Shown here in pieces: positions 43,001 through 58,000 of a stretch of DNA of 64,000 nt. Source of the stretch: Antedon mediterranea (Eukaryota > Animalia > Echinodermata). Position numbers and translations under genes: made by a program. Under the pieces are notes generated by a model. The model saw only the letters and a program-made list of their open reading frames with translations, was not told the origin of the DNA and did not search any database. The stretch spans positions 21,945,648 to 22,009,647 of the forward strand of contig NC_092673.1 in the NCBI RefSeq assembly GCF_964355755.1, in the 5' to 3' direction. How positions within the stretch are numbered: the first letter of the stretch is position 1; every line of letters begins with the position of its first letter.

Positions 43001-46000
43001 GGCACACTTTTTAACGTGCATCCATTATTTACAATAAAATTTGATTACAAAACAGAAAAAAAGAAATCAGCAAATGATAGATCCTAAGTTAAAATGACAA
43101 GTTCAATATAAAAGATTTGTGAAGTATCTAGATAAATATTACTGGCAAAACTTTTATAATAAAATATATGTGAATCTAAATATTCTTTTTTTATTGTTTG
43201 GTTCTGTTTGTAATCCTTGAGAAAAAGTGGAAAAAACACTTCATTAAAAATAAAACAACTCTGGATTGCCACTACACTTTAAAAGAACACCATTTCACAT
43301 TTTTATCAAAATAAATGAGACATACCACATGAAGAAAAATAATATGTATTCGCTGACCTAGTAATACTTGTTACAATTTATTTATTTAAATGATAGACCT
43401 GCAAACATTAATCTTGCAACTTTACTGTTAAGGTGACTCCGTATCAATATATAACATAGATGAACAAGGCCATATACATGGCTGTAGTCGCGTGCGCAAA
43501 TTTAAGTTAGTGTTTACAGAACGACCAGCTGCAGAGTCGCGTTTGTACGCGACTAAAAATAGAATGAACAAATTCTAATAATGATTTAAAATATTTAACA
43601 GTATTTTAATTGTTTTTAATGAATGCAATCGCATTTAAAGTAAAAAGATTTTAATTGCATTGTTTGCACGTACAATAGAAACATTTTAGATTATTTTGAA
43701 TTTAAAAATTAATTAATTGATTGAAGATTTAAAGATGTATTGTCCCCCTGAAAAATAATTTTTTTCAGTTTTTGTTGTTGAATATGCTATTCTAATGTCA
43801 CATAATAGTTATTGACTTCGACCAAAAATTGGATCGAAAAAACATTTATTTACCTGAAAAAAAATGGAATTTAAAGCAAATTGGCTGCCAGACAAAGGAT
43901 TTTTGGTTGAATTTAACCATTTTTCATGTTATATAAGTGAAAACATTGTTTTTTCCGGTTTTTTTTCTACGGAAGTGATTCACTTGATTAAAACTATAAA
44001 TTAACCTATTCAAAGTCTGATTTAATTAATCTTCATTTTTCATAATTTTGGGGGATAATACATCTTTAAGTACTGTATAAAGTACAAGGCTGGAAATTAT
44101 TTTTTTTTATAATAATTTTATATTTTTGGAGAACCCTTGGTTTGTTTTACAAAATCTTAAACAATTTTTTATTCTAACTAAAAATACAGAATTTGGCAGT
44201 ACCTTTGCTTGACTAAAAATTAACTCTTGTTTTCAAAAAAATACTATTAACAAACAATAATAAGTATTTTTTTAATTATGAGCTCTGAAGCAATCAATGT
44301 GAAATGAAAATAACAATATTCAATATTAAAGCGAGTTGTGTATAACGATAACATTTTTAAAACATGGAAAAAAACTATAAGTTAAAAACATGGTGTACTA
44401 ATAATAGACACAGCTATCAACTCTCAAGTTCATAGTGTCATTCTATATTCATGCATTAATCCTAAATTCTAGCAATCAAATCCAATAATTCAATTGCATG
44501 GAATTACTAACCTAGCGTGCCCTCGTTGCGTATAAATATAAACTTTTATATCTTTAATCAAACTTTCTTGACGGTTAAATGCAAGCTAATGTTGTTTGAT
44601 GATATCAATTAAATTCTAACTTTTAAAAAACATCGATTTTGAAAGAAGGACGATTTGTATTGATAAAACGTCACACATTTTGACTTAAATAGATTAAATA
44701 AGCAGGCATGATTTGTTAGTATTTCTGCGGTTCGCTGGCATTTACGAGAAATACTGCCATCAATGTCAATATTCAGTAGGCAGATTTCGAGAAATTAACG
44801 AGCGATCACTTGTAATTAGTGTAAATAATCTTGCTATGGAACATTTGATGTATATGGCTTTGACAGGTGACTTAAAGTAGTAGAAATAATGAGAGTTTAA
44901 TAGATTATTGGAGTGACATTTCATAGATGGACAAGTAAGAAAACTAATAAAACGTTTAAAAGAAATTACTGATAGAGAGAATATTGGTGTATAAGATTGA
45001 AATATTATAAGGGTAGGAGGGGGGGGGGGGGAGAACACAATTCAAAACGTTTCTATGAGTTTTAATTTATATAGTTTTTCCTTTCATTTTTTGTTTTTAT
45101 TATTTTATGCTTCTTAAATGTAAAATGTATAGAAAATATATGATAACAATTTGTAACCAAGTTATGATTCTTCAGAATACAAGTATTGTCCCCAAAAACA
45201 GTAATAAACTCAGATTTATAATAGGCCACTTTGCAGTTTTAATTATTAGTTATTCACTTCTGTAAACCCCACCTCTCCCCCAGAAAAAAAATATTTCACT
45301 TATAAAAAGAAACGGTTAATTTTAATTTAAAAAACATTGTTTTACAGACAATATTCATTATTTTTTGCTTTGAGTTAAATTTTTTTCAGGTAACTAATTT
45401 CTTTTTCGATCCACATTAAATTTTTTTAGGGGGACAATATATCTTTAAGTAAATTTATTTTGTGGTGAGAGGATACGTGTGTATCTTAATAAAATACACA
45501 GCAATAACTTATTAGCAAACATGTCTGAACAGTATATCCTAGATGCTCTATAAATCATGTGTACTGAAATTTGAACATCATTTTGTAATGACATTGTATA
45601 CAAACTACATCACTCAGTAAAAATGTCAATGTTACAATGCTTATTTTCTTAGGTCAGCAACTAAATTACCCTGACAAATTCAGGTGTTCTAATTGGGTTT
45701 AACCATCTATACTTTATACTTTTCAAATAACAAAATTAAAGAATGAGGGTATCTCTTTATTTCGGATAGTATATCCATATAAAAATAATATAAAACAAAA
45801 AGAGAAAAAATTACATTAGGAAATTAACAATAGCAACTTTCACAAAACCAACTACAACATCCTAAAATACCAATTTGAACCAATGCTGATGTAGGTTGGA
45901 TTGTGGAAGTACGTTAACTATGGTTTTAATCCATGTGTGAAATACCATGTAAAACGGCTGTGAAGAAACTTGGCTATTGTATGTGATTTCATTCATAAAT

Positions 46001-49000
46001 TATTTTTTATAGTACAGATATTCATTATCGCTATCATTTTTTATCATAAAAGCTAGGCTCACCTGGCATTTTTGTTGGCATTCCTCCGCAGCATTTTTAC
46101 AGCTACTAGTGTTCGTTGCCCTCGATTTCGCTTGACAAATGGAAAACCATTACCAATGTAGTCTTGAATATTCTCTGCCTCACACAAGTGAACCTACAAA
46201 GAAATTAATAAAGGTTAAACATAATTAATAATTGTTAAATATGTAAATAATTTTTTTAGAAATAGTGAAGAAACACTCGGTGAAAAAACCCATTCATCTG
46301 TATTCATAAATGGGGGAAAGTTGAAAAATGAATTATTAATAAAAAGAGCCCTCAAAACATGGGAGAATGTCCTCTCCTCCTGTCATTATTTTCAGTAATT
46401 TGCCTTTGGATTTATATTTATTATTAGACAAATATTGTACTTATATTAAGATCATCATTCTATTGCTATTCAGTACCATTATTTTGTGTTACAGTAAATA
46501 TTATAAAATAATTTATTAAATTGTCTGTATTCAAAGGATAAGCCAAGATATTTGTTTTTTTGTCAATATGTAATTATAATATTTTGTTAATCATTTTTTG
46601 CAACAAAGAGATCTATTTTCTTAATGAATAATATTTAAATAATATAAAGACGTATTGTCCTCCAAAAACATAAATAGTAAAGAAGCAGGCCTACTCAACA
46701 ACAAAAAATTTGTTTTTCAATTTTTTTTCGGGAGAATAATCTTAATGAAAGTTGATAAAGATACATCATCTATTTTATTGTAAGGAACATGTAAACATAT
46801 AATTGATAGTATTACACACTGTATTGGAGTAAAAATCAGTAACAATTAAACAGCAATTTAACTAGTCTAAGTAAATTATTATGTCTTGTCTTCACTAAAT
46901 TTCATATTAATCTTTGTTTTTGACACCAATTTAAATTGAAAGAATCATTATACAAGAAGAAATCTTGGCATGTGTTACTTTTTATAACATTTTAAATATT
47001 GTTTTCAGAGTTAGTCATTAATATCCATTTAAACAACAGAAAGAATAACAAGTTTTTCTCTGCCACATTGCTTTAATATTACACATTATTTCTTTAACTT
47101 TCTAACAATTTATATGAAGTAGCTGATAACATTTTCTAATATAAAATAACTAATAAATCATCTACACATTCAATCTTTAACAAAGTTTTTTCTGTGACAA
47201 TTTGGCTATTGGATTTTAACTTGTAATTGAGTTCTGTATTTTTTGTAATACAATAGGCTAGTCAGAAGATGAAGCAGAAGATAATTTAAACCTTTTCTTA
47301 TCCTTTTAAAAAACAGGAGATTTATATGAAGAAATCATTATATCCATACGCTCAGTATTAATGCTTATTGGCTTGTTTAAGAGACACATATTGCATCAAT
47401 GAATGGCTTTAAGCAAATGCATATTTGCCTCACAGACTTTGCGTTAGGCCACAGACATTAAAAACTTCTCTTTCTCTCCTTCAAGCATTTCAACTTTTAC
47501 TTGACATTTAAAGAGGAATCACAAGGAATAATAACATTTGTTACAGTAGTTAGTAATCCTTCATTGATTTTTTCATGTTTTTTAAGTATTTAAGTGGTCA
47601 GATGTCTATTTCAGCCAAATTTAAATAAGCTTTACTAGTTTTGTAGCAACAATCTCTTAATAGCATATAATGCTTATAAAGTGATTAAGATTGACTATAA
47701 AACAACGTTTACAATTCATGAATTCATTAAATTGGTTCTGTCCACCAAGTGAACAGTTCTAAAGGAAAATCTCACATAGAATACTAAGACCCCATTTGCA
47801 CTTACTAAATTTCTGAAATGGAGGAACATAAAGCTCTGTCCACACTATCAAACTAAATTGTAAAACTATAAATGAAACTCTGATGATGATTCAACAAACA
47901 TTAGTAAAACACCTACCTCCCCAAACTGCCCCTCTCCAAGCCTTTCCAAAAATATCAACTTATCTCTTGGAAACTCTGGACAGAGGGTTCGCGTGTTGTT
48001 AAGTTTTTCCAAACACTGGTCAGGGACACCATAGATTGTGTTGCCGGACACTCCCTGGATACTCATCAGGTCTGTTTCCGCATAATGTTGCTGTTGCAAT
48101 GATTTTGGAGAACACGGTTCAGCATAAACATTTGCTTCATCTGTCAATGGAAAAATCAAATCTTTGTAGCCTATTAAAAACAAAAATGAGACATTTCGAT
48201 GTCAATCTGACCCTAAATAACACTTCACATGAATGTATTCTAAAATAAACTCTTACCTAGAATAGTTTCCAAACTCATGTTTTGTGGGAAAGCTATTCCA
48301 AAAAGAGAAAGAAACATCTAACATCAATATGGTATTAAATTGTATGCTAGAAGTATATACACTTCTCTTGTAAAGAAAAATCGTTAAAGAACCACCATAG
48401 AGTCACCTTAAAAGAGGTTAAAACAGTCTCGTTACCAAAACTACAATGTGATCAATAAAAAAACTATTATTTTGTGTTGCAGCTAAAAATTGCTCTATGA
48501 AAACAAATTTTTAAGTGGCATTACACTTTATTTTTTATTTTATTTTATTCAATTTCCAGGTAACATACAAAAATCATAAACAAGGTACGGCATCATTCAA
48601 CAAAACAGAACAAAAGTACTATCAGCACCTGCGGGTAACCAAAAGTGGATCAGTTCAAAAGAACTGCACTGTCGAGTGGCTTTCCCAACTAATAGTACGA
48701 AAAACGCAAAAGACATAAAAACACAGTTATTTTCAGAATCACCATTTAACCATTAAAAATGTTTAATTTATTCAATACTGTTTATCAGGTTTGGCAGTAG
48801 AAACAGGCCCAACGATGCTTATAAACTGAAGAACTGGTTTTGATTCGATAAAATGAGGTTAGTTTCTTGTAAAAATAAGCAAAGGTATATAAAGTGTTCA
48901 TAATTTCAACAATTTTGAATGTAGTTTACGGAGTCAATTGCAATTTATGCACTGTACACAAGTACCTTGAAGACATTATATCAGAATCTCAAGTTAAAGT

Positions 49001-52000
49001 GAGTGAGGTGCTACAACGTCAGCTCCTAAATGAAGTCAATAATTGCTGTAGGGATTTCAGAAACTGCTGTTTACAAGCCAATGTGCCAAAGGGGTGAAAC
49101 AAAAGTGTTTCGTGAGTTACAACATCAAATAAATCAATTCTCTACTCATCCATCAACATACTTGTGAAAAACACAGATAAATTTACTAACCAATAAGAAA
49201 ATCTGTTTTATCGACTGAATAACTACAGTATAATAATATTTTATTCTGCAAGTTACAAAAAGTACATCATTTTCCAGAAGTAATATAGGCCCAAATAGAA
49301 CAAATTATACTCTTACTTTCAATATAAAATTTAATGACAAAAAGAAAGATCAACGTTTCGGTACCATCATAGAACCATTTTCAAGATCAAGTGAATACAA
49401 AACAATAATAATTACTTAATAACAACAATAATAATTACTTAATTAGCCCTCAATTAGCATTTCCTGTCACCAACTTTGGTGCTTAGTGCACATAATTATT
49501 ATTGTTTTGTATTCACTTGATCTTGAAAATGGTTCTATGATGGTACCGAAACGTCGATCTCTCTTTTTGTCATTAAATTTTATATTAAAATTATATAGTA
49601 AACGTCTTTTAATTTATACTCTTACTCCATAATATAAGTAATGGCAATAAAATATACAAAATACTTAAAATAAATTTTTTCCCCACACTAAAATAATAAT
49701 ATATATATGATAATACTTTATTGGATAAACTCGAAATATGAACTTTTATAACATGGGCCACATGAAATAAAAATAAATATGATGTAGCACACATTCAAGC
49801 GCGTCTTGTTGTTATGTACAAGCAAGTAATTTCATTTCATTTGCACGTTTAATTTTAGCACTTCCTACTGTAACGGTTTAAATTTAATAGCATGATGAAA
49901 ACTTACCAACAAAAGCACCGGAATCTTCATCATCACTATGCGGAACTTTGTTATCGATGATGTGATATTGCGGTTCATCATTAGGATTCGAAATCTGGTA
50001 CGTGGGGTTGGCACGCCGGCTGTTGTAGTGTGTAAGCGAGTTGTTACCTGCTGCACGGGTGATGGTTTCCGCATGGTAAAGGATCTGCGGTACTTGGTGC
50101 TTGAGACGGATGTATTTATGTCGGTATAAAAACAAGAGAAGTCCGAAGATGAGCACCAGGAATATGAGGACGCCAAAGACAATTCCTAGGACCAACAGGG
50201 TGATGTCTTCAGCTGGTTCGGGACTAGCTGCCGTTACACCTGAAAAAGAATTTTTTATTTTTATTTATTTAGTATACAAAAAAAATGACACACAACAATC
50301 CTAGAGGGCAAACATGTGATTTACAATACACAACAATGACAATTACATAAAAGTTGAGTTATTATAATTATCATTATTCGATAAGATTAACAATTATTAA
50401 TTTATCCATCTATTATATACATATAATAATTTTATAATCAACTTCATGCTATCAAATGTAGACTGACAGTGAAATGTTTGGTATAATCACATATTTAAAT
50501 CTAATAAAACTATGCATAATATATTTACTGGTACATAAATCATTAAACATTGCTAGGAAAATTATCTCACGGCACGGTCGATAAAATTGATTTAAAAATG
50601 TTCATGATACAACTTCTCATTAAAACGGATGTATTTTGCTTTGTTGAAATATTGTTTAGATTTGTTAGAAATAAAAATTGCATTTAATTGGTTTGATTAT
50701 AATGTTGATAGAAATATGTAGGATGACCTTCCCATTGATTTTGTGCTGTTGTCGGAAATGTTAGCGCATAATGATTTAGGCGCAGTAAAATCGTGTTTAG
50801 TAAATGTATAAAATACTTAATAAATATATCAGTATTTAGACAGATTTATTAATCTTTAAAATGAACTGCATAAATTATTCTATATTATATTAGGATTATC
50901 CCAAAACTTTGCAACTTATCATAATACAGTAATGTAATTTGGAGTAACGGGTGCAGAATTGGTTATTATTCATTGGTGAATAATATTATTATTAATATAA
51001 ACTGTGTGACTGGATATTCTTCTTGTTCGAGTTTTCGAATCTTTTATTCCTCTTTAGACATTCCGATAATTTTGAATGGTATACTATTTAGAAAAATGTG
51101 TTAAGACCAATATCTTTGACAACGGCTGAATAATAACGGTTCAATAATATTCAGGGCCGTAGCCACATGTATGGTTGGTACTTTTTCACAGAGGCCTTTG
51201 ACAACCAAGTGGCTTGAACAGAGATCGTTCCCTTTTCTTGCAAAAACAGGACCACTTTATTTCTCGAGGATACATAACTTATATGTTCGGCTAATTGTTC
51301 TACATCACAATATGATCATAGAGAGGTAATCGCAACAAAAGACAGCTAGCATAGTCTGACTGTAAAACGACGTTTGGCTGATAGTAACCACAAATTCAAT
51401 AACTAGATGGCGCCTATCCATAGGGCAGGTAACTGCTAGTATAAATCTATCAACAAGTTTGATATAAATTAATAACCTTTAAATGAACCATACAACCAAA
51501 TTCCATAATAGTTAAAATTCAAATATGAATCTTGTCATCATCTCTAGAGTATGTTTCATTTTGAATGATTTTAAACGCTGCATTTTGCACTGCGTATTAC
51601 AATATTTTATCTCTGTTTAGGAAATATTATCCATTAACAAGATAAATTGAATACATATTGCAATATATATCAAAGTAAAAATTCTATTTCAAATTAAAGT
51701 TATACCCTACATGAATAATTTATATCGTTTTAAATTATACATATATACTGTAATAGAAGATATAACCTATTCAACTGTGTTATCAACTTATTATATTGAA
51801 ATGCATAAATTTATACAAATAAAATCAAATAAAATTTCATCAGAATTTGGACGTCAAGATTAATTACAATTTAGAATTTTGTATATAATATATGTTATTA
51901 TATACTTTTATTAAAAAAAACAATATAGCAATGATACAACTTGTGGCCAATGGCCAGATTGCGTGTAACCCTTTAATAATATAGGTTCTTAAAAGACAAT

Positions 52001-55000
52001 CAAGACAAGACAGGCGACAAGCCACTCAAAAGATAGTTTCCCAAAATTGACTGTGGGTAGGTTTCGAACACAATCACCAGTCATGCATTGCACAAAATCT
52101 CAAAATGTTTTTATAAAGCCAAGTGTATAATAGTACCTCAAATCATGATCAAATCAAATGGCAAGGACATGCAATTGTGTTGTTGATATGCTAATACAGT
52201 ATTAATATACATAGAATTATTATGTTTATTAAATAAAATAAATATCACAATACTCAATTTTGTTCTTTCTAATATGCTAATATTACTAATTTATTAATAA
52301 TAATATAAAAATATACATAGTATTACTCTATTTATTAAATAAAATAAATATCAAAGTGCTCAATTTTGTTCTTTCATAATTTTGTTTTCTTATTTATAAT
52401 TTTTTTTACTGGTATTGTTGCTGTTTGCTTTCACGTTATTAATATTATTTTAAATAAATCCACTCTTACTCATATAGCATTCTTGTTTTGTTCTTTCAAT
52501 TTATTTTAGATTAATAATAATTACATAAATTATTTTTGAAACAAATAAACAAGATTAATTAATAAAAGAGTTAATGCACTTTTTGAGTTATTTAAAGTAG
52601 AGATAATAATTAAATTCAAGTAATTCATAGTGTTATATTTAAAAATAATAACATCATATTTCACAGTATTTAATTATCATTTAGCAAATTAAGACCAAAA
52701 ATCTAAGTATGAATAATTTGAAGGGATTAACAGCAAGAAAATTCTATATTACTGAATCTCTATTTGTTTGAATTTAATCAATAATAATCTATGAATGACA
52801 TCTTTATATATCTAATTTATCTACAGTGGTTGGGGATGAAGGGGGTGGAGAGACAACACCCATATGCTGGCCTTTCTATAATCTAGAATTATTTATATAG
52901 TACCATACTATATGAAAAATTAGATTTAACTTTTACACTGGATTTTTATATTGACTTTTATTGCGATTGAACGATTGAATGTTTCACATTAAGTAAGGTA
53001 ATCTAACTTTTATGACATTTACTGAGTGTTAAAAACCACAAATTAGAAGAAATTGAGAAGGGTCATGTCACACACATTCACCCTCTACTAATACTATGTT
53101 TATGATTCTGATGGATTTTAGTAGAAATAGTTTCCTCCAACTACTTTTAGCAACATGGTCAGTATATTGTGTTTTCAAAGTGCATGTGATATTTTATATT
53201 TTTTTTATTTGAAAGTTTCAACCTTGAATAATAGGCCCAGCATTTATTAATAATAATGTTCTATAAAGGACATTGGCTATATCTTTGATTTGGGCCTTGA
53301 GATTTGTTCCTAATGTTCAAATGGTTAATTACAAGTATGACTCCTGTTGGCTTAGTCAGCAGGATTTAAGTTTAATTGGTAGCATGCTGGAACACAGGTC
53401 AATTGAATATGAATGAATTTAGCAAATTCTAGGCCCAAGCAGGCAGACTACTGGCTACCTCTGAGGACATATAATTTGTGAATATATGTACATGTTTCCC
53501 TGCTTGCGGGCATCATTGCACCTCAGTGTATTTCCTCCCTAGCTATGTCACTGATCAAATGGCAATTTGACATTCAGCAAGCAAAAGTGTTACTGAAGGT
53601 CTCATGGAAGTGAAGGCCTAGTCCAGGGTTACAGTCCTCAACTAATGTGAAGTCATACAAATTAATATACTCTAAGGAAGTATTTTCAGCAACTGCTACA
53701 AAGCATGGGCTATTGAAAACCAATAGCATAGAGTCAATCTGAAATGACAGTTTTGTGTATTAGTACAACACTGTTTTAGAATGCCAAGGAGAAGTGACAA
53801 CAAAAAGTTTGTGGATTCCCATTCACTGTTGTATCACCCACTATGTAACAATCAACCACTAATAATCACATTGCCTTGTGGAGGTGTAGGTAGGGATTTG
53901 TTAAACAAGGCCATATACATGGCTGCAGTCGCGTGTTCAAGTTAGTGTTTACCGACCAACCGACATAGTGAGCTGTAGAGTCGCGTTGCACGCGACTAAA
54001 AATGTGTGAAATTTCATTTTCAAGTAAATTTCCCCTATAAATAGATAGATTTTGTTAGTTTCCAGTTTAAAACATCTAAAATAAATTAATCACAAAGAAG
54101 GCCTAAATAAAAACATATTACTACCTTGTCCACCTTTTCTGTCTGGTAATGTACGATTTGGATCCCACGGTGGAATGTGCGTAGCACCACTAGGAACCCA
54201 CGAATTATCTTGAGGGTCAAGTCCTTCACTGACCTCTGTTTAAAAATAAGATATGTGGTTATTATATATAGGCCTACATAGAATAAAGTTAGCAAAAGAG
54301 AAAGAAATGAACTAATAAAAAAAGAGTAGAATACTCTGAAAATAAGAGTTTCAAATTATAATTTGCTGTGCAGAAAATCTGTGTATAACCAGTACTGGTG
54401 AAACATTAACAAGTGAAAAAAACTCAAAACAGAAAAAGGAAGAACAGAAAAAAAAACATTTGAAAAGACTATTTAGTTTATATTTTTGTGCAGGAGATCA
54501 GTGCAGATAACATGAAATCCCCCATTGCAGAAATGAAGACAAAAAGCAGTGTCAATCATTCAATTTCAAAATAAACAATATTTTTACACCCTCTCCCTTC
54601 CCCTTTCTAAAAAAAACCCCCAACCAAAAAACAAACTTGAAAACAAAGTACAATAAATAAAACTATTCATATTCTTGGAAAATTTTCAATATTACTCATC
54701 TATTAGATTACATTGAACATTTTATCTTTGCACGATCATCAATTTATCTAACTGTCCATTCTGATCACCTTGCCAATTAAATTGTGGTTTGCAGAAAATT
54801 GTTGCGGTTACATTTTCATTTACGCCGTCCAAGAAACCTGACACAGATAAGTAAATATGGCTTGAGATATTACAGAAATGCTCACCACTCAAGCCAGCCT
54901 GGATTTAAGAATCACATATTCAATTTCCTTATTGAATAACACCATTAAGTAAAGTAGATGCCATAAAACGTACAGATGCAATATCTGTTGGCTGGTAGTT

Positions 55001-58000
55001 TGATCGTTAACGCCGCTACTCAAGTTAAGCTTAATGTATTACTATCCAGTAGCTTGGATATCAGTGACAATGTTCAGTATTGACATTCAAACAAACAGTT
55101 TTAACTACGCAACTTAATGACTTCATAAAAGATTACTCTTAAAAATATTTATTTTACACATCGCAGCTTGTCACGATATAAAATGAACAGTAGCTGCTTA
55201 ATTCACACACCTGTAAATTAAATAACCTACTTAAGGCAAAGTTTTTAAACTAAAATATATATTCAAATATATATATTTATCACTTGCACTGATGAAGGGC
55301 TAGTGTTGCCCGAAAGCTCTGCTAACTTTTCTGGCTGTTTACTTTATCGTTTTGATTTAGCTTTTCGCTTTTTGTTTTTGTATTTCCATTGAGATCCAGC
55401 CACTGATACCCACAGCATTGTCATTTTTTCAGTATTTTGCCTTTGGATTTATATATTTATCAAAGTAAATAATGGCAAATATTAGTTAGAAACTATAAAA
55501 TGAATATACAAAAAAACAGTATAATCAGAATCTTTCAGTACATCAAAAAAAAAAAAATTGGCTCTTTTCATTATTATGGTTATATTTGTATCTAAAAAAC
55601 TCTATATATTCTTCCGTATATTTCTAAAACCAATAACGTAGAGTATACCTAATGGAAATAACGTTGTGGTAATTTGAATAGTAAAACACTGATGCTGTCT
55701 CCTCTTGCGTTACTATACATTATGCTACACAAATAAATAGGTATCAATTTTAACTACACTACTAGAGACTAAAACATGATTCCCAATAATTCTTATTTAT
55801 GCGTATGTGTTTCCATTAAAGGCTGGCAATGAATTTTATGTTTTACGCAGGAAATATAGACATATTACTTTAATTCCAACATTCAAACTGCATTACTATA
55901 TTGATAGAGTAAACACCAATATATTACTAGTGTATTTAAATCAAAATTTTTTATTTGTTTAATGTTAATTTGGGAATAATTTCTTTCAAATAAAAAAAAA
56001 AAAATAGAGAGATATAAAATAAGACATGTTATACAATTGCATTCTCGCTTCTGGACAAGCAAAGTATATTGATCGAAAAAGTCAAGAGATTTAACAATTC
56101 TTTTCAGAATTATATAAATGTGGTGTACAGCAAACTTTATATCACTATAAAATATTAGAATAAAGAATAAAGTTTGTGATATATATTACAACCAGCTTAG
56201 CTGTGATATAATTGAAGTCCCAGCTTGACATACTGTATAAAGAAGGATTTAACATGCTGCAATATACCTGACATATAGTGTGATTACCTTCAAAACTTCT
56301 CAAGTTTACAACATCCATTACAATAATATCAATAGGGATTGCTGGGACTTTACAGCGATCTTAGTAACGCAATTTGTAACTTGTCTCAGATGAGCATCAA
56401 ACATACAACTGCATCAGATAAATTGTTGTACCATTGCTACTATTATATACAATTAAGCTACAAGTTCCTGTATACGTGATCTCTGTTCCCATTTAAGCTA
56501 CTGTTCCACCTGTATTTGTAATATCTGTTCACATTTTTTCAACATTTGTTTACTTTTACACATCTCCTGTCTAACTGTAATCCTTGTTTAACTGTATTTC
56601 ATGTCCCTGTAACTGTAGGATTAATCTCTGTTTAACCGTACTATTGGTCCACCTGTAATCCCTGTCTAACTGTAATTTTTGTTCAACTGCAACCCATGTC
56701 AACACTCTAATCCCTGATTAACTGCAATCCCTATCCATCCAACTGTAATCCCTGTTTAACTGCAATCCCTGTTTAATTGCAAACACATGTTTAACTGCAA
56801 TCCTTGTTCAACTACAATCCCTTCTAACTGCAATCCCTGTTTAATTGCAATCACTGTTTAACTGCAATCTTTGTTCAACTGCAATCTTTGTTCAACTGCA
56901 ATCCTTGTTCAATTACAATCCCTTCTAACTGCAATCCCTGTTAACTGCAATCCTTGTTCAACTGCAATCCCTGTTTAACTGCAATCTTTCTTCAGCTACA
57001 ATCCCTTCTAACTATCCACTGTCACGCTATGGTCACCTTTGCTATTACTCTCTGCATTACCAACTTCCCTGTCTTTTACGCAACTTCTATGTGCACAAAA
57101 TCACATGAAATGTGTGATTGTTCATTCAATCTTAGTTTCTTTTTTGGCGAACTAACTAAAACTATCAGCCAGTACAGTTGCAAACAATGCAGTTTTCTTT
57201 AAAATAGTAATTAAGAAAATAGTACCAAAACATTTCGTTGTAAAGCTTATTCGCAAAATGCAAACTTAAATTGTGATAAAAATTACAAGCAAATACGGAA
57301 ACACATCGCAACCCAAGGCTGTGTTATAATTACACAAGTGAACACACCACCATAGGTATCACGATTTGACCTTACCAACTAAATAAAAAGTCAACGACCT
57401 AGAGATGTGATAATGATTTTTAATTAATTAATTATTCAGAAAATGTTCTTCCTATAAAATAATCCTGTATGTGTTAAAATAATATTTTAAAACTTTCACC
57501 TACGAAGTGAAACAATGTTTTTAAAATGATATGATGTGTTTGATTGATGTTTCCAACCCATGTTAGAAGGTTTTACCAAATTAATAATTGTTGCCATATA
57601 TAACAAAATATTTAAAGTTCACAATGACTAATATATATAGTAGACGAATTTTGCCAATTTAATATTTATTTTAGTTATGATGGACTGAAATCCTCCTTGA
57701 ACTAACTAATGCACTTTCAATGTAATTTGGCCTCCATTTGTTGCTGTATGATCTCCTATCCCAACCCCTTCATTCTCCTCATCCTTCCTAAATACATACT
57801 TTTCAAGGATGATATATATTGGAAGCATACTACATGGAGGCGTTGAAGGGTGTGTTTATACAACACGTCATTATACACATATTCAGCACGCAAACAAGAA
57901 GTGTGTTGTATAAAATTAAAAAGATTACCGGGTATGTAAGATTTTAATCACAAGAGTGATACTTAAATATTGTGGATTCGCACCTGGTTGTTCACAGTAT

